A stretch of 64,000 nt of DNA from a virus: the IMG/VR virus record IMGVR_UViG_3300017987_000071, positions 19,733-83,732 of that record; one strand, given 5' to 3'. Both the position numbers and the translations under genes were made by a program. The notes under the pieces were generated by a model that was not told the origin of the DNA, ran no database searches, and saw only the letters and a list, made by a program, of their open reading frames with translations. Positions 10,035 through 20,264 of the stretch are shown one piece after another (position 1 is the stretch's first letter; every line of letters starts with the position of its first letter).

Positions 10035-10956
10035 CTATGTCTCCAAAGACCTCCAGCACATCAGCAACTGTAGGATCAACCAAAGCATGCCCATTAGAGC
10101 ACCAAGGCTTATTCTTTATGGGATTCGAGATCCCTTCTCGAAATATGCCTATTACAGTCTTACCATACGCTGCCGCTACATGCATCAAGCCACTGTCATT
10201 CCCGATATAATAATCTGATCCCATTATAACCGAAAGCACAGTACCAAGTCCAGTCCCACATAAACTTTTGCAACCACTACGCTTCTGAATATCCTCTCCA
10301 TCTGCCTTCTGATCCTTATGATCCCCCACCAAAACCGGTATAGCTCCTCGCTCCTTAAGTTCTTGTATCAGTTGCACATACTTAAAATTGCCCCAATGCT
10401 TCTGCCTCCACCAAGGGTGATCCTTAAGGTAACCAATGCCAATAGCCACCTGCACCTTATTTTTATCAGATGTGAAGCGTGTAGGTGGCTGCGACTCGCA
10501 ATATAACTGCATGTCCTCATCAGTTATTTCTCTACTAATCAAACCTTCACTTAACCGAAGACATGCCGTAACCTCATGCTCCGAAAACCGAAACGGATAC
10601 TTCTTATCCTGCTTGTCCTTATCAGTTGGTATAACCCGTTGGTGACGAAATTGTCCCTTTGGGGGACGAATTCGCCCCGGCGGATGGCAATAAAGAACAT
10701 AATCGTAAACCATATCAAACAACAGGGGGTTGTCTTTAAGCAAGCAACCCGCCTTCGTTAGCATGTTAATAATAAGCCACCCCGCCACCCGATTGGAGCT
10801 AACTATGATGTCTACGTGGTGTTCACGCGACAAGACCCTGATCAACGGGGTGGTTAAAATCAAATTACCTATTCCATATTCCTGTACTACAAGAATCTTC
10901 ATTAGGGGTCTCCTGCATAAATGACCTGCATACCCGTATATCTTGGGAGTTGCCAC
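10027..10956 (-). CDS. Glycosyltransferase family 9 (heptosyltransferase-like); likely start MKILVV ~10902
   Basis: GIGNLILTTP, KHW, IGNDSGLMHVAAA (GT9 signature). Confidence 0.9.
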   Translation of the reverse strand: MATPKIYGYAGHLCRRPLMKILVVQEYGIGNLILTTPLIRVLSREHHVDIIVSSNRVAGWLIINMLTKAGCLLKDNPLLFDMVYDYVLYCHPPGRIRPPKGQFRHQRVIPTDKDKQDKKYPFRFSEHEVTACLRLSEGLISREITDEDMQLYCESQPPTRFTSDKNKVQVAIGIGYLKDHPWWRQKHWGNFKYVQLIQELKERGAIPVLVGDHKDQKADGEDIQKRSGCKSLCGTGLGTVLSVIMGSDYYIGNDSGLMHVAAAYGKTVIGIFREGISNPIKNKPWCSNGHALVDPTVADVLEVFGDIDG

Positions 10957-11125
10957 ACGCTGGGCAAATTATTGTCCCCTGGATCGGAGAATCCGCTGAG
11001 CGAAAACCTCTGTATGGTACCTGCACAATAACATTAAGATGCAACCTTTGCCCGCACGCACAGATCACATCGCCAGTGGTCTTCTGCTTTCCAAGTCTAC
11101 TCATCCTAACTACCTGCATACTCAT
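10865..11125 (-). CDS. Small zinc-ribbon protein
   Basis: CACG...CPACG; ATGA overlap with upstream gene. Confidence 0.6.
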   Translation of the reverse strand: MSMQVVRMSRLGKQKTTGDVICACGQRLHLNVIVQVPYRGFRSADSPIQGTIICPACGNSQDIRVCRSFMQETPNEDSCSTGIWNR

Positions 11126-11642
11126 ACCAAACCTCCTGCAAGCGCAAGCGGACTGCCACCTTCCAGTATTAAGTCTATTGTGTCACTTACGCTAGACTCT
11201 AAGTAGCGTTTTGCGGTTGCTTTTGGCTGGACGCCCATCCGACTCCAGCGATCAAGGTCTGCTTTTCTCAAACCAACATCCTCATAAGCACCACCAATCT
11301 GATGCGCTGTATTCAACGCTACGTTAATTGCCAACAACTTAGCAGGAATACCTTGCTTAAGACTAACATTAAGACGATCCACCGCTTTAGCATACACCAA
11401 ATTGTATTTCAAACGCCTACGATACACACCTTGCATAACATCACTCGGTTGCTGGTATCGCTTAACAGAGGCAACAGCAGACCCACTATACGGAAACTTA
11501 ATCTGTGCTATTCGAGCATTTCGCTCAGTTTGCCCTATAAGCCGTTATCCTGCACCCAACCTTCATGCTCCAACTCATAACGTAATTTCGAGTACCAAGG
11601 CTCCAGTACATATATCGCTTCGATATCTCGTCTAAGCGTCAT
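11122..11642 (-). pseudogene. Internally deleted, frameshifted copy of the RDIEAIY paralog family
   Basis: ATG 11642 gives MTLRRDIEAIYVLEPWYSKLRYELEHEGWVQDN, then a TAG at 11535-11537. The conserved C-half (QTERNARIAQIKFPYSGSA...KATAKRYLESS...) continues in a different frame from ~11543. Confidence 0.8.
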
Positions 11643-12229
11643 GCTATAATTCTCCTACGCAACTTCCTCAAATCCTGCTGCAATGCAACCTTACGCTCTT
11701 TGATGAAGCGAGTATCATAAAGCATATCCCGAAAGTCGCTCTCCACCTTCCAGAACATTTCGCCTTGAGCATACCCCTTAGCATCCAACCGCTCACCGGT
11801 ACGCTTAAAGCGGCCATGTAAACTAACCAACGCCCCACGCAACTTCAATGCTGACTCTATTACCTTAACAACATCAGCAGGCCTCGGAGGGGTTTTAGGT
11901 TTGCCGTTGGTGTAACCCAACGCACGAACTTGCTTAATCAAATCCGCTAACCACTCTTGCAACTTCTCAAGCCTTTCGCCGTAAGCATCAGCAAGTTCCT
12001 CAAACTCAGGGTCCTCAACGATCTCTCGCCGTTTGCGAAGTGCTTGGAGTTTACGACCCCAATTAGGTCGTCTTCGACGCCTGGCAGCATGCCAAGCAGC
12101 AGCCCCAAAAGCAGGCAAGAACTCCTCTAGGTTGGTAGCATTCACTAAACTCTCTGCTACCCCCACAGCAGATTTGCTAACCAGCAGTCCGCTGACCGCT
12201 TCTGCTATATTGTGTTCTGTTAGTTTCAT
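11639..12229 (-). CDS. Basic helical protein with N-terminal shared tag
   Basis: MKLTEHNIAEAVSGLLVSKSAVGVAESLVNATNLEE followed by an Arg-rich body. Confidence 0.7.
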   Translation of the reverse strand: MKLTEHNIAEAVSGLLVSKSAVGVAESLVNATNLEEFLPAFGAAAWHAARRRRRPNWGRKLQALRKRREIVEDPEFEELADAYGERLEKLQEWLADLIKQVRALGYTNGKPKTPPRPADVVKVIESALKLRGALVSLHGRFKRTGERLDAKGYAQGEMFWKVESDFRDMLYDTRFIKERKVALQQDLRKLRRRIIA

Positions 12230-13137
12230 ACCATAGTCTCCACAAGGCTACCCGCCATCCGCTGGGGGCTAACACCATCCAAAATTAAGTCTATTGCATC
12301 TAGCACACTAGATTCAAGGTAGCGTTTTGCTGTCGCTTTTGACTGGACGCCCATCCGACTCCAGCGATCCAAGTCTGCTTTGCTAAGTCCAATTACCCCC
12401 CCAACACTCCAATTCCGATGCGCCGTATTTAATGCTACGTTGATAGCAAGTATCCGCTCAGGAATCTTACTCCCACTTTTGGATGCTTTATTAAGATAAT
12501 CCGCCGCTTTAGCAAAAAGCAAACTAAACCCATAAAGCTCCCGCCCTTCAGCACCCCCATAAAACCCCTGTAACGCTTTCTCTTGCCGTCTTTGAACTTT
12601 TTGCACTGCGCTTCCAGTATAAGGGAACTTCATTTGCTTAGCGCGCTCGTCTCTCTCAGTCCTTAACAAGCGATCCATACCACTCAAAAAGCGTTGTACA
12701 TGTGGGCCTGTAACTGTCCACCCATTATAATGGGCCCCACCAAAACTCTGCACAGATTTCAAAAAATCTAGTATAGGAAGCGTCACAAAATACAAAAGGC
12801 GATTCTTATAACTACCATACTCACCCTTTTGTGGAAAACACGGGTACGATAACCTTATAGTATCTGGAGCAAGAACCTCCAAACCAGTCAAATACAAAAA
12901 ATCCCAGTCATCAACCTTAGGAGACCCCAAATCTGGCCAGCCACCACGCCAAACACCGCCTAGCACTGTCGGCCCTAACCATCGAATAACTCGCTGCGTC
13001 AACCGATCAAGCGACCGCTTCAACTGCTCCCAAAAAACGTTGTCTTGTACCCACCCTTCAGTTTCATACTCGTATCGCAACTTGCTATACCAAGGCTCCA
13101 GTACATATATTGCTTCGATATCCCGCTTTAAACTCAT
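12226..13137 (-). CDS. RDIEAIY paralog family member (C-terminal shared tag)
   Basis: Conserved N-terminus and ILAINVALNTAH...MGVQSKATAKRYLESS-tag C-terminus shared with 4 other loci. Confidence 0.85.
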   Translation of the reverse strand: MSLKRDIEAIYVLEPWYSKLRYEYETEGWVQDNVFWEQLKRSLDRLTQRVIRWLGPTVLGGVWRGGWPDLGSPKVDDWDFLYLTGLEVLAPDTIRLSYPCFPQKGEYGSYKNRLLYFVTLPILDFLKSVQSFGGAHYNGWTVTGPHVQRFLSGMDRLLRTERDERAKQMKFPYTGSAVQKVQRRQEKALQGFYGGAEGRELYGFSLLFAKAADYLNKASKSGSKIPERILAINVALNTAHRNWSVGGVIGLSKADLDRWSRMGVQSKATAKRYLESSVLDAIDLILDGVSPQRMAGSLVETMV

Positions 13138-13146
13138 AACGATACC

Positions 13147-13851
13147 CTACCAATTCCAAACATCATTTGCTTCCCCCGCATCCATTCGCCGAAGGTATTT
13201 TGCTACTTGCTCTGGCTCCTTATATGTTTCCCAGTCAATTGTAACTACTTGTGTGCCCATATCCTCAACCGCAGGCAGCACAACGCCCTCATATACCGAT
13301 TGCAAATCGGCTAAATACTCAAGTTTTACTCCGACCTCATATTTGTTTTCACGCTCCCGCAATCGCTTCAGGCAGGTCGCTGGGGACGCTTTGAGATAAA
13401 TACAAAGGGAGGGGCGAGTTCTGCATATTCCCTCCATGTAAAGACGTTGCATATCCATATATGTCTTGTAGTCATCATCTTGGATGTAACCGTCATCATG
13501 TAGCAACTCAACAAATGCCCGATCCCCAGGCAAAGAGCGATCATGCAAGGTATGAACACGCACAGATTTGTTGGGGTTATTTGCTACTTCATAACCCACA
13601 CCATCAAAATGCTGCCAAAAGCGATCAGCAAGCACACGAAACTGCAAACGAAACGCATGAAAAGACGGTTTAACTTCATTAAGCAAATCAGCATAAAACG
13701 GTGTAAGAAACGCTGGACGCACCGTCTCAGCATAAACCTTATTGGGTTTAGCAGTCGGAACAACCGTCTTAATCTTAGCATTCAGATACTCAGCAAACGG
13801 TTTGATAAATGTACTCTTACCAACACCAATGCAACCCTCTACATAAATCAT
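13147..13851 (-). CDS. Deoxynucleoside kinase (dNK family)
   Basis: IYVEGCIGVGKST P-loop, DRS motif, IYLKASP..C..R...R...E lid. Confidence 0.9.
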   Translation of the reverse strand: MIYVEGCIGVGKSTFIKPFAEYLNAKIKTVVPTAKPNKVYAETVRPAFLTPFYADLLNEVKPSFHAFRLQFRVLADRFWQHFDGVGYEVANNPNKSVRVHTLHDRSLPGDRAFVELLHDDGYIQDDDYKTYMDMQRLYMEGICRTRPSLCIYLKASPATCLKRLRERENKYEVGVKLEYLADLQSVYEGVVLPAVEDMGTQVVTIDWETYKEPEQVAKYLRRMDAGEANDVWNW

Positions 13852-14474
13852 TATGCTTCCTTTCCCTCTAGTGAACCAACATAACCTTGTTTGTCCACTA
13901 CAGCATGATAGCAACTACGACACATAGGAGCATACTCTGCCCCTTTCTCGACCTCAGCAACCAACTCAGTGCCCCCAGACAACCTATACGAGTAACGAGC
14001 CACGGCACCGCACAACTCACATTCCCCTTGCCGTGCTTTAAGCACCTCATCAGCATACATCGCTAACCAGGGAAGATTCTCAGCAGGTTTGCCGTTGAAG
14101 GTCACATCAAAACCAGAGACAAACACACGCTTGCCATACTGCTCGCTAAGCGTTAGCACCCCCACTGCCCGCTGCTCATCTAAAAACTGCACCTCATCAA
14201 TAGCAAACACATCATAATCATCCCGCACCCAACGATCCAAGAAGTTGAAGGTTGGTGGGACCAGAAAAGCATGATTAGTTTCCAGCACCATACCATCCCA
14301 CGACCGCACCCCCTTCTCCAGCAATGTCTTCTCCTTTACGAATGTTGCTATCTGAAAATAGCCAACTCGCATCTTCCTCCTCAGCAACCCATTCAACCGA
14401 GCCACCAGCATATTAGTTTTTCCGCTTTTCATTGGCCCGCATATAACCGTCAACCACTTATCTTTGTTCATCAT
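13851..14474 (-). CDS. tdk: Thymidine kinase (type II/TK1-like)
   Basis: GPMKSGKT, IDEVQF, CxxC and YAPMCRSC zinc lasso. Confidence 0.92.
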   Translation of the reverse strand: MMNKDKWLTVICGPMKSGKTNMLVARLNGLLRRKMRVGYFQIATFVKEKTLLEKGVRSWDGMVLETNHAFLVPPTFNFLDRWVRDDYDVFAIDEVQFLDEQRAVGVLTLSEQYGKRVFVSGFDVTFNGKPAENLPWLAMYADEVLKARQGECELCGAVARYSYRLSGGTELVAEVEKGAEYAPMCRSCYHAVVDKQGYVGSLEGKEA

Positions 14475-14484
14475 AACTCCTTTG

Positions 14485-15384
14485 CTACACCAGCAGACCG
14501 CACACCGCGGTCCGCAAACTTTGTCCTTCTAAAAGTTGGTCTATCGCCCCACGAACACTCAATGACTCTAAGTAGCGTTTTGCCGTTGCTTTTGACTGGA
14601 CGCCCATCTTGCTCCAACGGCCAAGAATATCCTTATCTATATTCCATAATAAATCTGCTACGGAAAGAGTTTCATCCGTATGTACTGTATTCAAAGCTAC
14701 ATTAACTGCTAAAATACGACTTGGGATACGATCTCGATAACTTGCTTTCAACCTATCCGCAGCAACAAGCAACCGTACACCCGCATCCAGCAAATACTTC
14801 GGCATCGAAATACCTTTATACCACCGAACCTGACTAGATGCACTAAACTTACAACGATCTTGCACACTTACTAAACCACGCCTAATTATAGCAGTAAATT
14901 CCGCTAAAAACTTCGCACCAAGATACCAAACCAACTTTCCGTCTCTACGTTGTATAACATCTGGCTTCAATCGCTTAAACAATGCCACAACAGGATACAA
15001 AAATAACGGTGACTGCAAACGTTCTACGCGATCCCAGTTATCAATAACCTTTCTATAAAAAAGCGACACGGGTTGCTCACCCCAACCATATACATCAGGA
15101 TCAAAAAATACCCGTTTACCCTTCCAAATCAAATCCAACCCACCCAATAAATTCAGTGTATAAGCATCTAAATCAAAATCCTCGACCAACGCACCTATAG
15201 CATACGTCGCTAAACTCTCCGCTAAGGGTGGAATAACCCTCTTCGTTAATCGCTCCAGCGAATGCTTTAATTGCTCCCAGAAAACATTATCCTGCACCCA
15301 ACCCTCATGCTTCAGTTCATAACGCAATTTCGAGTACCACGGCTCCAACACGTATATCGCTTCAATATCCCGTTTTAAGCTCAT
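14485..15384 (-). CDS. RDIEAIY paralog family member
   Basis: First 23 aa identical to 12226..13137; shared C-terminus. Confidence 0.85.
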   Translation of the reverse strand: MSLKRDIEAIYVLEPWYSKLRYELKHEGWVQDNVFWEQLKHSLERLTKRVIPPLAESLATYAIGALVEDFDLDAYTLNLLGGLDLIWKGKRVFFDPDVYGWGEQPVSLFYRKVIDNWDRVERLQSPLFLYPVVALFKRLKPDVIQRRDGKLVWYLGAKFLAEFTAIIRRGLVSVQDRCKFSASSQVRWYKGISMPKYLLDAGVRLLVAADRLKASYRDRIPSRILAVNVALNTVHTDETLSVADLLWNIDKDILGRWSKMGVQSKATAKRYLESLSVRGAIDQLLEGQSLRTAVCGLLV

Positions 15385-15517
15385 TTCTTACTCCTATAAA
15401 TCCAAGCGACCTTGCTACCCGCTGGCAGCCAGCGACTTACAACAGTAGGCTTTAGGATGTAGGCGCTAAGCCCCATTGCACCGTGTGAATTTCCACTAAA
15501 GAATGGAACACAACGAG

Positions 15518-16186
15518 TTACGCTGGTTTGCATAGTGGTGGTCCTCCCAATTGCTCCCGGTTATGCTGCTTGCCTTTAACCCAATAAAGCCGACTATGCC
15601 CAAAGCGCTCCACCAGAGGGCGCTCAGCAATCTGGTGGACGAAATCGTAGAAAGCCCGCCTTGCCCCCTCCCAATGCCCAAAATCATCTATAACGATTAT
15701 GCCCCCTTGATGAACTAAAGGGTAAAACGTAAAGAGGGTATTAAGCACACTCTCGTACCAATCGCAGTCCACATGAAGCAAAGCTACCCGCTTAGGCAAA
15801 ACGTCCTCAAATGAGTCCTTAAACCACCCTTCTCGAATGACTACACGCTCCACTGGGAACTCTGCAATAGCCAGCGCTTCCATAACTCTCTTTTTGCTGC
15901 CTATTGCTTTACCAGCATAAGCATATGCTTCAGGGGTATCTTGGAAGGTAGGCATCGGTAACCCTTGAAAGGAGTCGTAAAGCCAGAGTTGCCTATCGCT
16001 TTTTGCAACCGGCAAGGAAAGAACAGCAGCCGACCCGCCGTCTCTAACTCCACACTCTACGATGTCGCCTGGGATGTGCCTGGTAACAATATCCTCTGAT
16101 AAATCGTAAAGCGTAAACAATGCTTCCAACGAACTAACAGAGTAAGCATTAAGTTTTTCAACCTTCATGTTATTTATGTAATCCAT
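15518..16186 (-). CDS. TylF/MycF-family (macrocin-type) sugar O-methyltransferase
   Basis: GDIVECGVRDGGS, YDSFQGLP, GWFKDS, LLHVDCDWYES, IDDF. Confidence 0.92.
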   Translation of the reverse strand: MDYINNMKVEKLNAYSVSSLEALFTLYDLSEDIVTRHIPGDIVECGVRDGGSAAVLSLPVAKSDRQLWLYDSFQGLPMPTFQDTPEAYAYAGKAIGSKKRVMEALAIAEFPVERVVIREGWFKDSFEDVLPKRVALLHVDCDWYESVLNTLFTFYPLVHQGGIIVIDDFGHWEGARRAFYDFVHQIAERPLVERFGHSRLYWVKGKQHNREQLGGPPLCKPA

Positions 16187-16981
16187 CTACTGCTCCTGCA
16201 CCTGACACATTGCTTGACAACAAGAAGCACAAGGAATAATATCTGTATCAACAGTTACATAATACGTATCTAACCAATCGCTAAAAGCACAGCAGATATC
16301 ATTGGCTTGCTTCTTGGTAAGAGTCTTTAGGTAAGTCCCAACACCACCATCGGTAATATGCCCTGGAGTCAAAAGCGTAATGGGGTCATAAGTGCTGGCG
16401 GTTTTCGGTGGAGGTTTTAAAGCTTCCACCGCTTTGCTCACCGCAGTGGCTAAACAAAGACCAGTTATACACACACCTTTAACCTTAGCGCTACCCTCCA
16501 CTGCCAACTTGGATTTGGGGGTCCGCAACAATGATGTCAAAATCCTAACCTTAGCATTCCCCCTCACCGCCAACCCAAGATGTTGCATAACAGCACTGGT
16601 AGCCTCGATCTTATCCTTATGGATATCTTCGTAAGCAAGAGTCAGACTAGCAAACCTACGCCACTGATCATACCTTGCCACCGTAGTATTGAGAAAAGGA
16701 ATAATATCCTTATGCTTAATCTTTCCCACTCGTATAGCAGAAGCAGCAACATCCCGAAGGTCTCGCTTAGTCATAATAACCAAGCCTGCCTTCTTCCGCA
16801 AGTCCTCACGAAAAACATGCGTCTTCACCACATGCCAATCAGCTTCACCCTTAGCATCATACTTAGATTCAGTATCAGCATAAACCGAAAAGCCTGCCTT
16901 AAGCAACGCCAAGCGTACCGTGTTATAAAGCCAAGTGCTACCTGACCGATACATCCCAGCACAAACAACTAATCTACTCAT
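16187..16981 (-). CDS. Sulfotransferase-like protein
   Basis: CAGMYRSGSTW (5'-PSB loop), VKTH, RDLRDVAAS (3'-PB), YED. Confidence 0.8.
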   Translation of the reverse strand: MSRLVVCAGMYRSGSTWLYNTVRLALLKAGFSVYADTESKYDAKGEADWHVVKTHVFREDLRKKAGLVIMTKRDLRDVAASAIRVGKIKHKDIIPFLNTTVARYDQWRRFASLTLAYEDIHKDKIEATSAVMQHLGLAVRGNAKVRILTSLLRTPKSKLAVEGSAKVKGVCITGLCLATAVSKAVEALKPPPKTASTYDPITLLTPGHITDGGVGTYLKTLTKKQANDICCAFSDWLDTYYVTVDTDIIPCASCCQAMCQVQEQ

Positions 16982-18033
16982 AGGTTACTCCACAGCGTCG
17001 TGCATTTATCACGAATTCTTGCTATAGCCATTTTACAATATTCTGTGCTTAGTTCAATGCCTAAATATTTGCGAGCATACCTTCCACATACAACCCCCGT
17101 AGTTCCCGCACCGAAGAATGGGTCCAAAACTGTGTCCCCTTCTCTGCTCCCTGCAAGAATGCAAGGGGTAATAAGTTTTTCTGGAAACACAGCAAAATGA
17201 GCATCCTTAAACTTAGCCGTTGAGACTTGCCAAACGGACCTCTTATTTCTAGTTGGGTAGACCCCACCCTTGCGGATGCCGGATATCACAGCAGTTGGCT
17301 TTCGCTTACGCTTATTGCCTCTGTTGAGGTCGTTGGGATGCTTGGATGGCTCCGCAATAGCATCCTTGTCATAATAATACTTGCGAGACTTCGCCAGCAG
17401 AAAGATGTATTCGTGTGCTCTTGTTGGACGATCCTTAACCGATTCCGGCATAGCATTCTTGCTCCAGATGATATCTTGTCTAAGATACCACCCATCCGCC
17501 TGAAGAGCAAAAGCAACACGCCACGGAATGCCAACGAGGTCCTTTGGCTTCAAAATAGCATGAGGCCGATCAGATGGACGAATATCCCCATATTCCTTGA
17601 AAAAGGAATGGTGTTTTTTGTTCAATGTCTTCCTGTCAAAGTGTGTACTACTATAACGACAAGAACTTCGCCCCTTACCTCCGTAAAACGAGTCTCCAAG
17701 GTTAAGCCACAGCGTCCCATCGTCCCGCAACACTCGCTTAACCTCACTAAAGATTTCTGTTAGATGCTCGATATAAAGGTCCGGCGTTGGTTCCAAACCC
17801 AAACTGCCCAACCACGCCCCGCAAAAGCAGGTGGAGTCTTCTCGTCCCCACATATGCTCACAATCCGGCGACCCGCCCCAAACGAGGGGTGGCGTGCCGT
17901 AGTCTCTAAGCGACCAGTAGGGTGGAGAAGTTACACAACACTGCACCGAAGCATCCGGCAACCGCCGGAGCACCTCAAGCACATGCCCGTTGTAGATGTC
18001 ACCAAAATTGTCAGTATGATATGGGGTTAGCAT
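16978..18033 (-). CDS. N6-adenine/N4-cytosine DNA methyltransferase (beta class)
   Basis: TSPPY catalytic motif precedes HFAVFP and VLDPFFGAGTT (motif I). Confidence 0.95.
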   Translation of the reverse strand: MLTPYHTDNFGDIYNGHVLEVLRRLPDASVQCCVTSPPYWSLRDYGTPPLVWGGSPDCEHMWGREDSTCFCGAWLGSLGLEPTPDLYIEHLTEIFSEVKRVLRDDGTLWLNLGDSFYGGKGRSSCRYSSTHFDRKTLNKKHHSFFKEYGDIRPSDRPHAILKPKDLVGIPWRVAFALQADGWYLRQDIIWSKNAMPESVKDRPTRAHEYIFLLAKSRKYYYDKDAIAEPSKHPNDLNRGNKRKRKPTAVISGIRKGGVYPTRNKRSVWQVSTAKFKDAHFAVFPEKLITPCILAGSREGDTVLDPFFGAGTTGVVCGRYARKYLGIELSTEYCKMAIARIRDKCTTLWSNL

Positions 18034-19085
18034 TGCTTATCCTCGTTTGCCTTATCTGCTTGTTGCCCCTGCGTTGGCTTACACACCTTAGCAACATCAA
18101 CAGCAGAGTTGCTGGTAGCATCTTGCTTATCCTGCAAATTCGCAAGGCCAACTCGATAAGCAGCACTAGCAGCATCAAAACCACTATACCACTCTCTGCG
18201 CAACGCATCCTCGGTATACGGATTAGTACCCCTGCTAATACCTTGATTAAATGAATTGAAACCACAAGTAAAAGCAACCGTTACTAAATCCGGCAGAAGA
18301 GATTGTCCCACAACCAAATCCGCAGGAGTTGACCGAGAAGCCACCATAGCATACCCAGCATCCCAGGCAACATGCTCAGGACAATCACAATCAGTAAAAG
18401 GATTATGTTCTACCTTAAGTCCTACCGCAAATGAATCCACACCTGCCTGGAACGCTTCTGGATGCCGCGCACCACAATCCATATCTGTCTTTGCAGTAAC
18501 ACTACCCAATGTATGCTTATAGCACCCTATTTTAACCCCTGCAACCAAAACACCACAATACTTCCGCAACAACTCAACCACTGCCTTAGCCCGTGGTTGC
18601 TTCTCCAACTTAGCCAAGTTGTACTCCCAAAAGTCTTCCAGATTCCCACCTTTCTGGATTGTCCTCGCCAACCAGTCGAAGAACATAGAGATAACACACT
18701 CCAACGGCATCTCCTGCTCCTTAGCATCCCAATACTCTGGGTGATGCGGATTATTGAGAACATGGTGCTGAATTGCATCCGACTTAAAATGCTTCTGGTA
18801 GTCCTCATCCGTCCCGCTTTTAGCTTTAGCCAATGACTCTTGGGAGTTAAGAAAAGCCTCATACTCCTCTGCTGAAAACTTGGAAGCGTCATGCTCAATT
18901 GCTTGCTTCATAAGCAACTGGCAAAACTCCCAGGTCAATTCCTGTACCAGCGACACATGCTTGAGTTGTGTCTGGTTGAACTTGATTACTCTCTCCATCA
19001 ACGCCCCCTGCTCAGCGTCCATCAAATCTTGTATATCCATAATCGTACCTCCTTTTGCTTTATACAATCTGGCATGCAACCACAC
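18027..19085 (-). CDS. HD-like (DUF5662-type) domain fused to two RMF-like repeats; likely start MDIQ ~19040
   Basis: HDASKF...HHVLNNPHHPEY...DW; then AFQAG...NPF...WDAGY and FTCGF...NPY...WYSGF. Confidence 0.7.
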   Translation of the reverse strand: MWLHARLYKAKGGTIMDIQDLMDAEQGALMERVIKFNQTQLKHVSLVQELTWEFCQLLMKQAIEHDASKFSAEEYEAFLNSQESLAKAKSGTDEDYQKHFKSDAIQHHVLNNPHHPEYWDAKEQEMPLECVISMFFDWLARTIQKGGNLEDFWEYNLAKLEKQPRAKAVVELLRKYCGVLVAGVKIGCYKHTLGSVTAKTDMDCGARHPEAFQAGVDSFAVGLKVEHNPFTDCDCPEHVAWDAGYAMVASRSTPADLVVGQSLLPDLVTVAFTCGFNSFNQGISRGTNPYTEDALRREWYSGFDAASAAYRVGLANLQDKQDATSNSAVDVAKVCKPTQGQQADKANEDKQC

Positions 19086-20022
19086 TAGGCAGCACGCCCT
19101 CCACTATCATATCCACTGCCAGCCCTACGCTTTCTAAGAAGCGTTTTGCTGTCGCTTTAGGCAATACGCCCATGCTCGACAAGCGATTCAACAAACCATA
19201 AGACAACCCAATCTCATCTGCTACTGTAGTCTCCACAGCATAACCTCCATGCACAGTATTAACTGCCACATGAAAAGCTATTATACGCTGAGGGATGCTT
19301 TTGCCATACGCACGACTAAGCATATCTATAGCTTTAGCATAACGCAAATCACCAGCATTAACTTCCCCCGAACCTCGGCCTGTAGTATATTTCCTAATAG
19401 CTGCTTCAGCACTAAATGAGTAGGGGAACTGATGCAACTTGTTATTAGCAATCTCCGCTTTCTGCAAATAGCTTCTAAGCTCAGCATACAATCGCTTAGA
19501 AACATCCTTTGGCACATGATAAAAGCCATCGTCTCCCAACACCGCTGTATGCTTCATCTCCAAAAAGATGCGGCCTAACGGAATCCGCACGCCAAAAATA
19601 CCAAAATACCAATCATCATACAGAGCTTCTTCCCAAAATGCTGCACGACATACACGTTCATAATCCCAACCCTTAACCCCAAACACAAACTCGTCTCGAT
19701 CCCAATTGACCCCCCAATAATAAGTCTTAAGAAAAGCATGTACATTCACCCCCCAATGGTTGCGAGGCTCTACCCCATCGAGGTAAAAAGCATGGTAAGC
19801 CATATAGAGAGCCATCGTAGGAGCAATACGATCAAGCAACCTATCCAACGAGCGATTCAGTTGCTCCCAAAACACATTATCACTAACCCACCCCTCTCTT
19901 TCGTATTCGTACCGCAACCTGCTATAATGAGGTTCCAAAACATAAACTGCCTCCACATCCCGAGATATCTCTCTCCCACGCTTGCTTCGTTGCATACTCA
20001 ACCCCCTATTATCATTGAGCAA
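19060..20022 (-). CDS. RDIEAIY paralog family member
   Basis: RDVEAVYVLEPHYSRLRYEYEREGWVSDNVFWEQL...FPY...MGVLPKATAKRFLES-tag. Confidence 0.85.
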   Translation of the reverse strand: MLNDNRGLSMQRSKRGREISRDVEAVYVLEPHYSRLRYEYEREGWVSDNVFWEQLNRSLDRLLDRIAPTMALYMAYHAFYLDGVEPRNHWGVNVHAFLKTYYWGVNWDRDEFVFGVKGWDYERVCRAAFWEEALYDDWYFGIFGVRIPLGRIFLEMKHTAVLGDDGFYHVPKDVSKRLYAELRSYLQKAEIANNKLHQFPYSFSAEAAIRKYTTGRGSGEVNAGDLRYAKAIDMLSRAYGKSIPQRIIAFHVAVNTVHGGYAVETTVADEIGLSYGLLNRLSSMGVLPKATAKRFLESVGLAVDMIVEGVLPSVVACQIV

Positions 20023-20264
20023 GGCAACCGCCTAAACACGCGGATGACCTTGCATCTTGGGCAAACAAGAAATCCTACCTCTGGCGGGTTTGGATGTGCT
20101 ATTTGATAGCCTGCCACCAGCGTCTCATATTCTTCAATCTTCTGGCAGCAACTACAACGGTAGAGTGCTGGCACACGGGGCAGCATAACTATCCGTAAAG
20201 CATCACCCGGTTCACGATTACCGGTATCTTGTTCACGAAACCCGCCCCTTTGTTCACACATCAA
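19998..20264 (-). CDS. Small zinc-ribbon protein
   Basis: CSCC...CPRC. Confidence 0.5.
   Translation of the reverse strand: MMCEQRGGFREQDTGNREPGDALRIVMLPRVPALYRCSCCQKIEEYETLVAGYQIAHPNPPEVGFLVCPRCKVIRVFRRLPCSMIIGG

Noticed and set aside
15381-15533. Possible ~50-aa minus-strand ORF between TylF and the 14485 paralog
   Set aside because: The frame is open and ends in an ATGA overlap, but it has no recognisable motif and is too short to support.
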